DNA of 62,846 nucleotides, filler included, from Gonapodya sp. JEL0774 (lineage: Eukaryota), in NCBI GenBank assembly GCA_027604505.1. It is 2 parts of 2 records of this genome, joined end to end, with 100 filler letters (N's around TTAATTAATTAA, not from the genome) between each part and the next. Parts side by side here need not be neighbours in the genome. Positions count along the whole stretch, not along the records: positions 31,525 to 62,846 come from JADIIX010000201.1; 1 more part is not named here. The stretch is one strand, 5' to 3'. Made by a program: the position numbers and the translations under genes. This document shows positions 62,744 to 62,846 of the stretch, piece by piece; the first letter of the stretch is position 1; the number at the start of each line of letters is the position of its first letter. Under the pieces are notes generated by a model that was given only the letters and a program-made list of their open reading frames with translations, was not told the origin of the DNA and did no database searches.

Positions 62744-62846
62744 TGAAACACGCACGCACAACCAAATTATATTAGTGGGTTTCAAAGTTGACTGAAATCG
62801 AATTATAATACGCACATTCTCGGCGACTTAAAACCGTCTCCCAGCA

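Overview
Eukaryotic, intron-dense DNA (mostly 50-100 nt GT-AG introns), most consistent with an early-diverging, chytrid-like fungus (inference from gene content). The window is two unrelated contigs joined by an artificial 100-nt linker (N44-TTAATTAATTAA-N44, 31425-31524), so no linkage should be inferred across it. Left contig: the decayed 3' end of a hAT transposon, an HSL-family esterase, CLPTM1, a divergent RFX transcription factor (visible only after splicing), a SEL1/TPR-MYND protein, TBL1/Sif2, a Gfo/Idh/MocA oxidoreductase, two SAM methyltransferases, an SDR and the 3' part of CtIP/Sae2. Right contig: a second hAT end, a SEL1-repeat pseudogene interrupted by a solo-LTR-like insert, a TM-Cache-like-TM-HAMP receptor with no output domain, a gene-poor region with transposon debris and hairpins, SPB1, an M20D amidohydrolase ending in PTS1, an Abraxas/ABRO1-like MPN protein whose domain is split by a ~450-aa disordered insert, IML2/TTC39, a chromate transporter, a LisH/LUFS-like protein and a single-pass SH3 protein. 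The best leads are the fungal Abraxas-like protein (possible BRISC/BRCA1-A-type complex), the RFX factor that has lost its DNA-reading wing arginines, and the output-less Cache-HAMP sensor. All gene models were spliced by eye and family assignments come from remembered motifs, not database searches; several gene ends are approximate.
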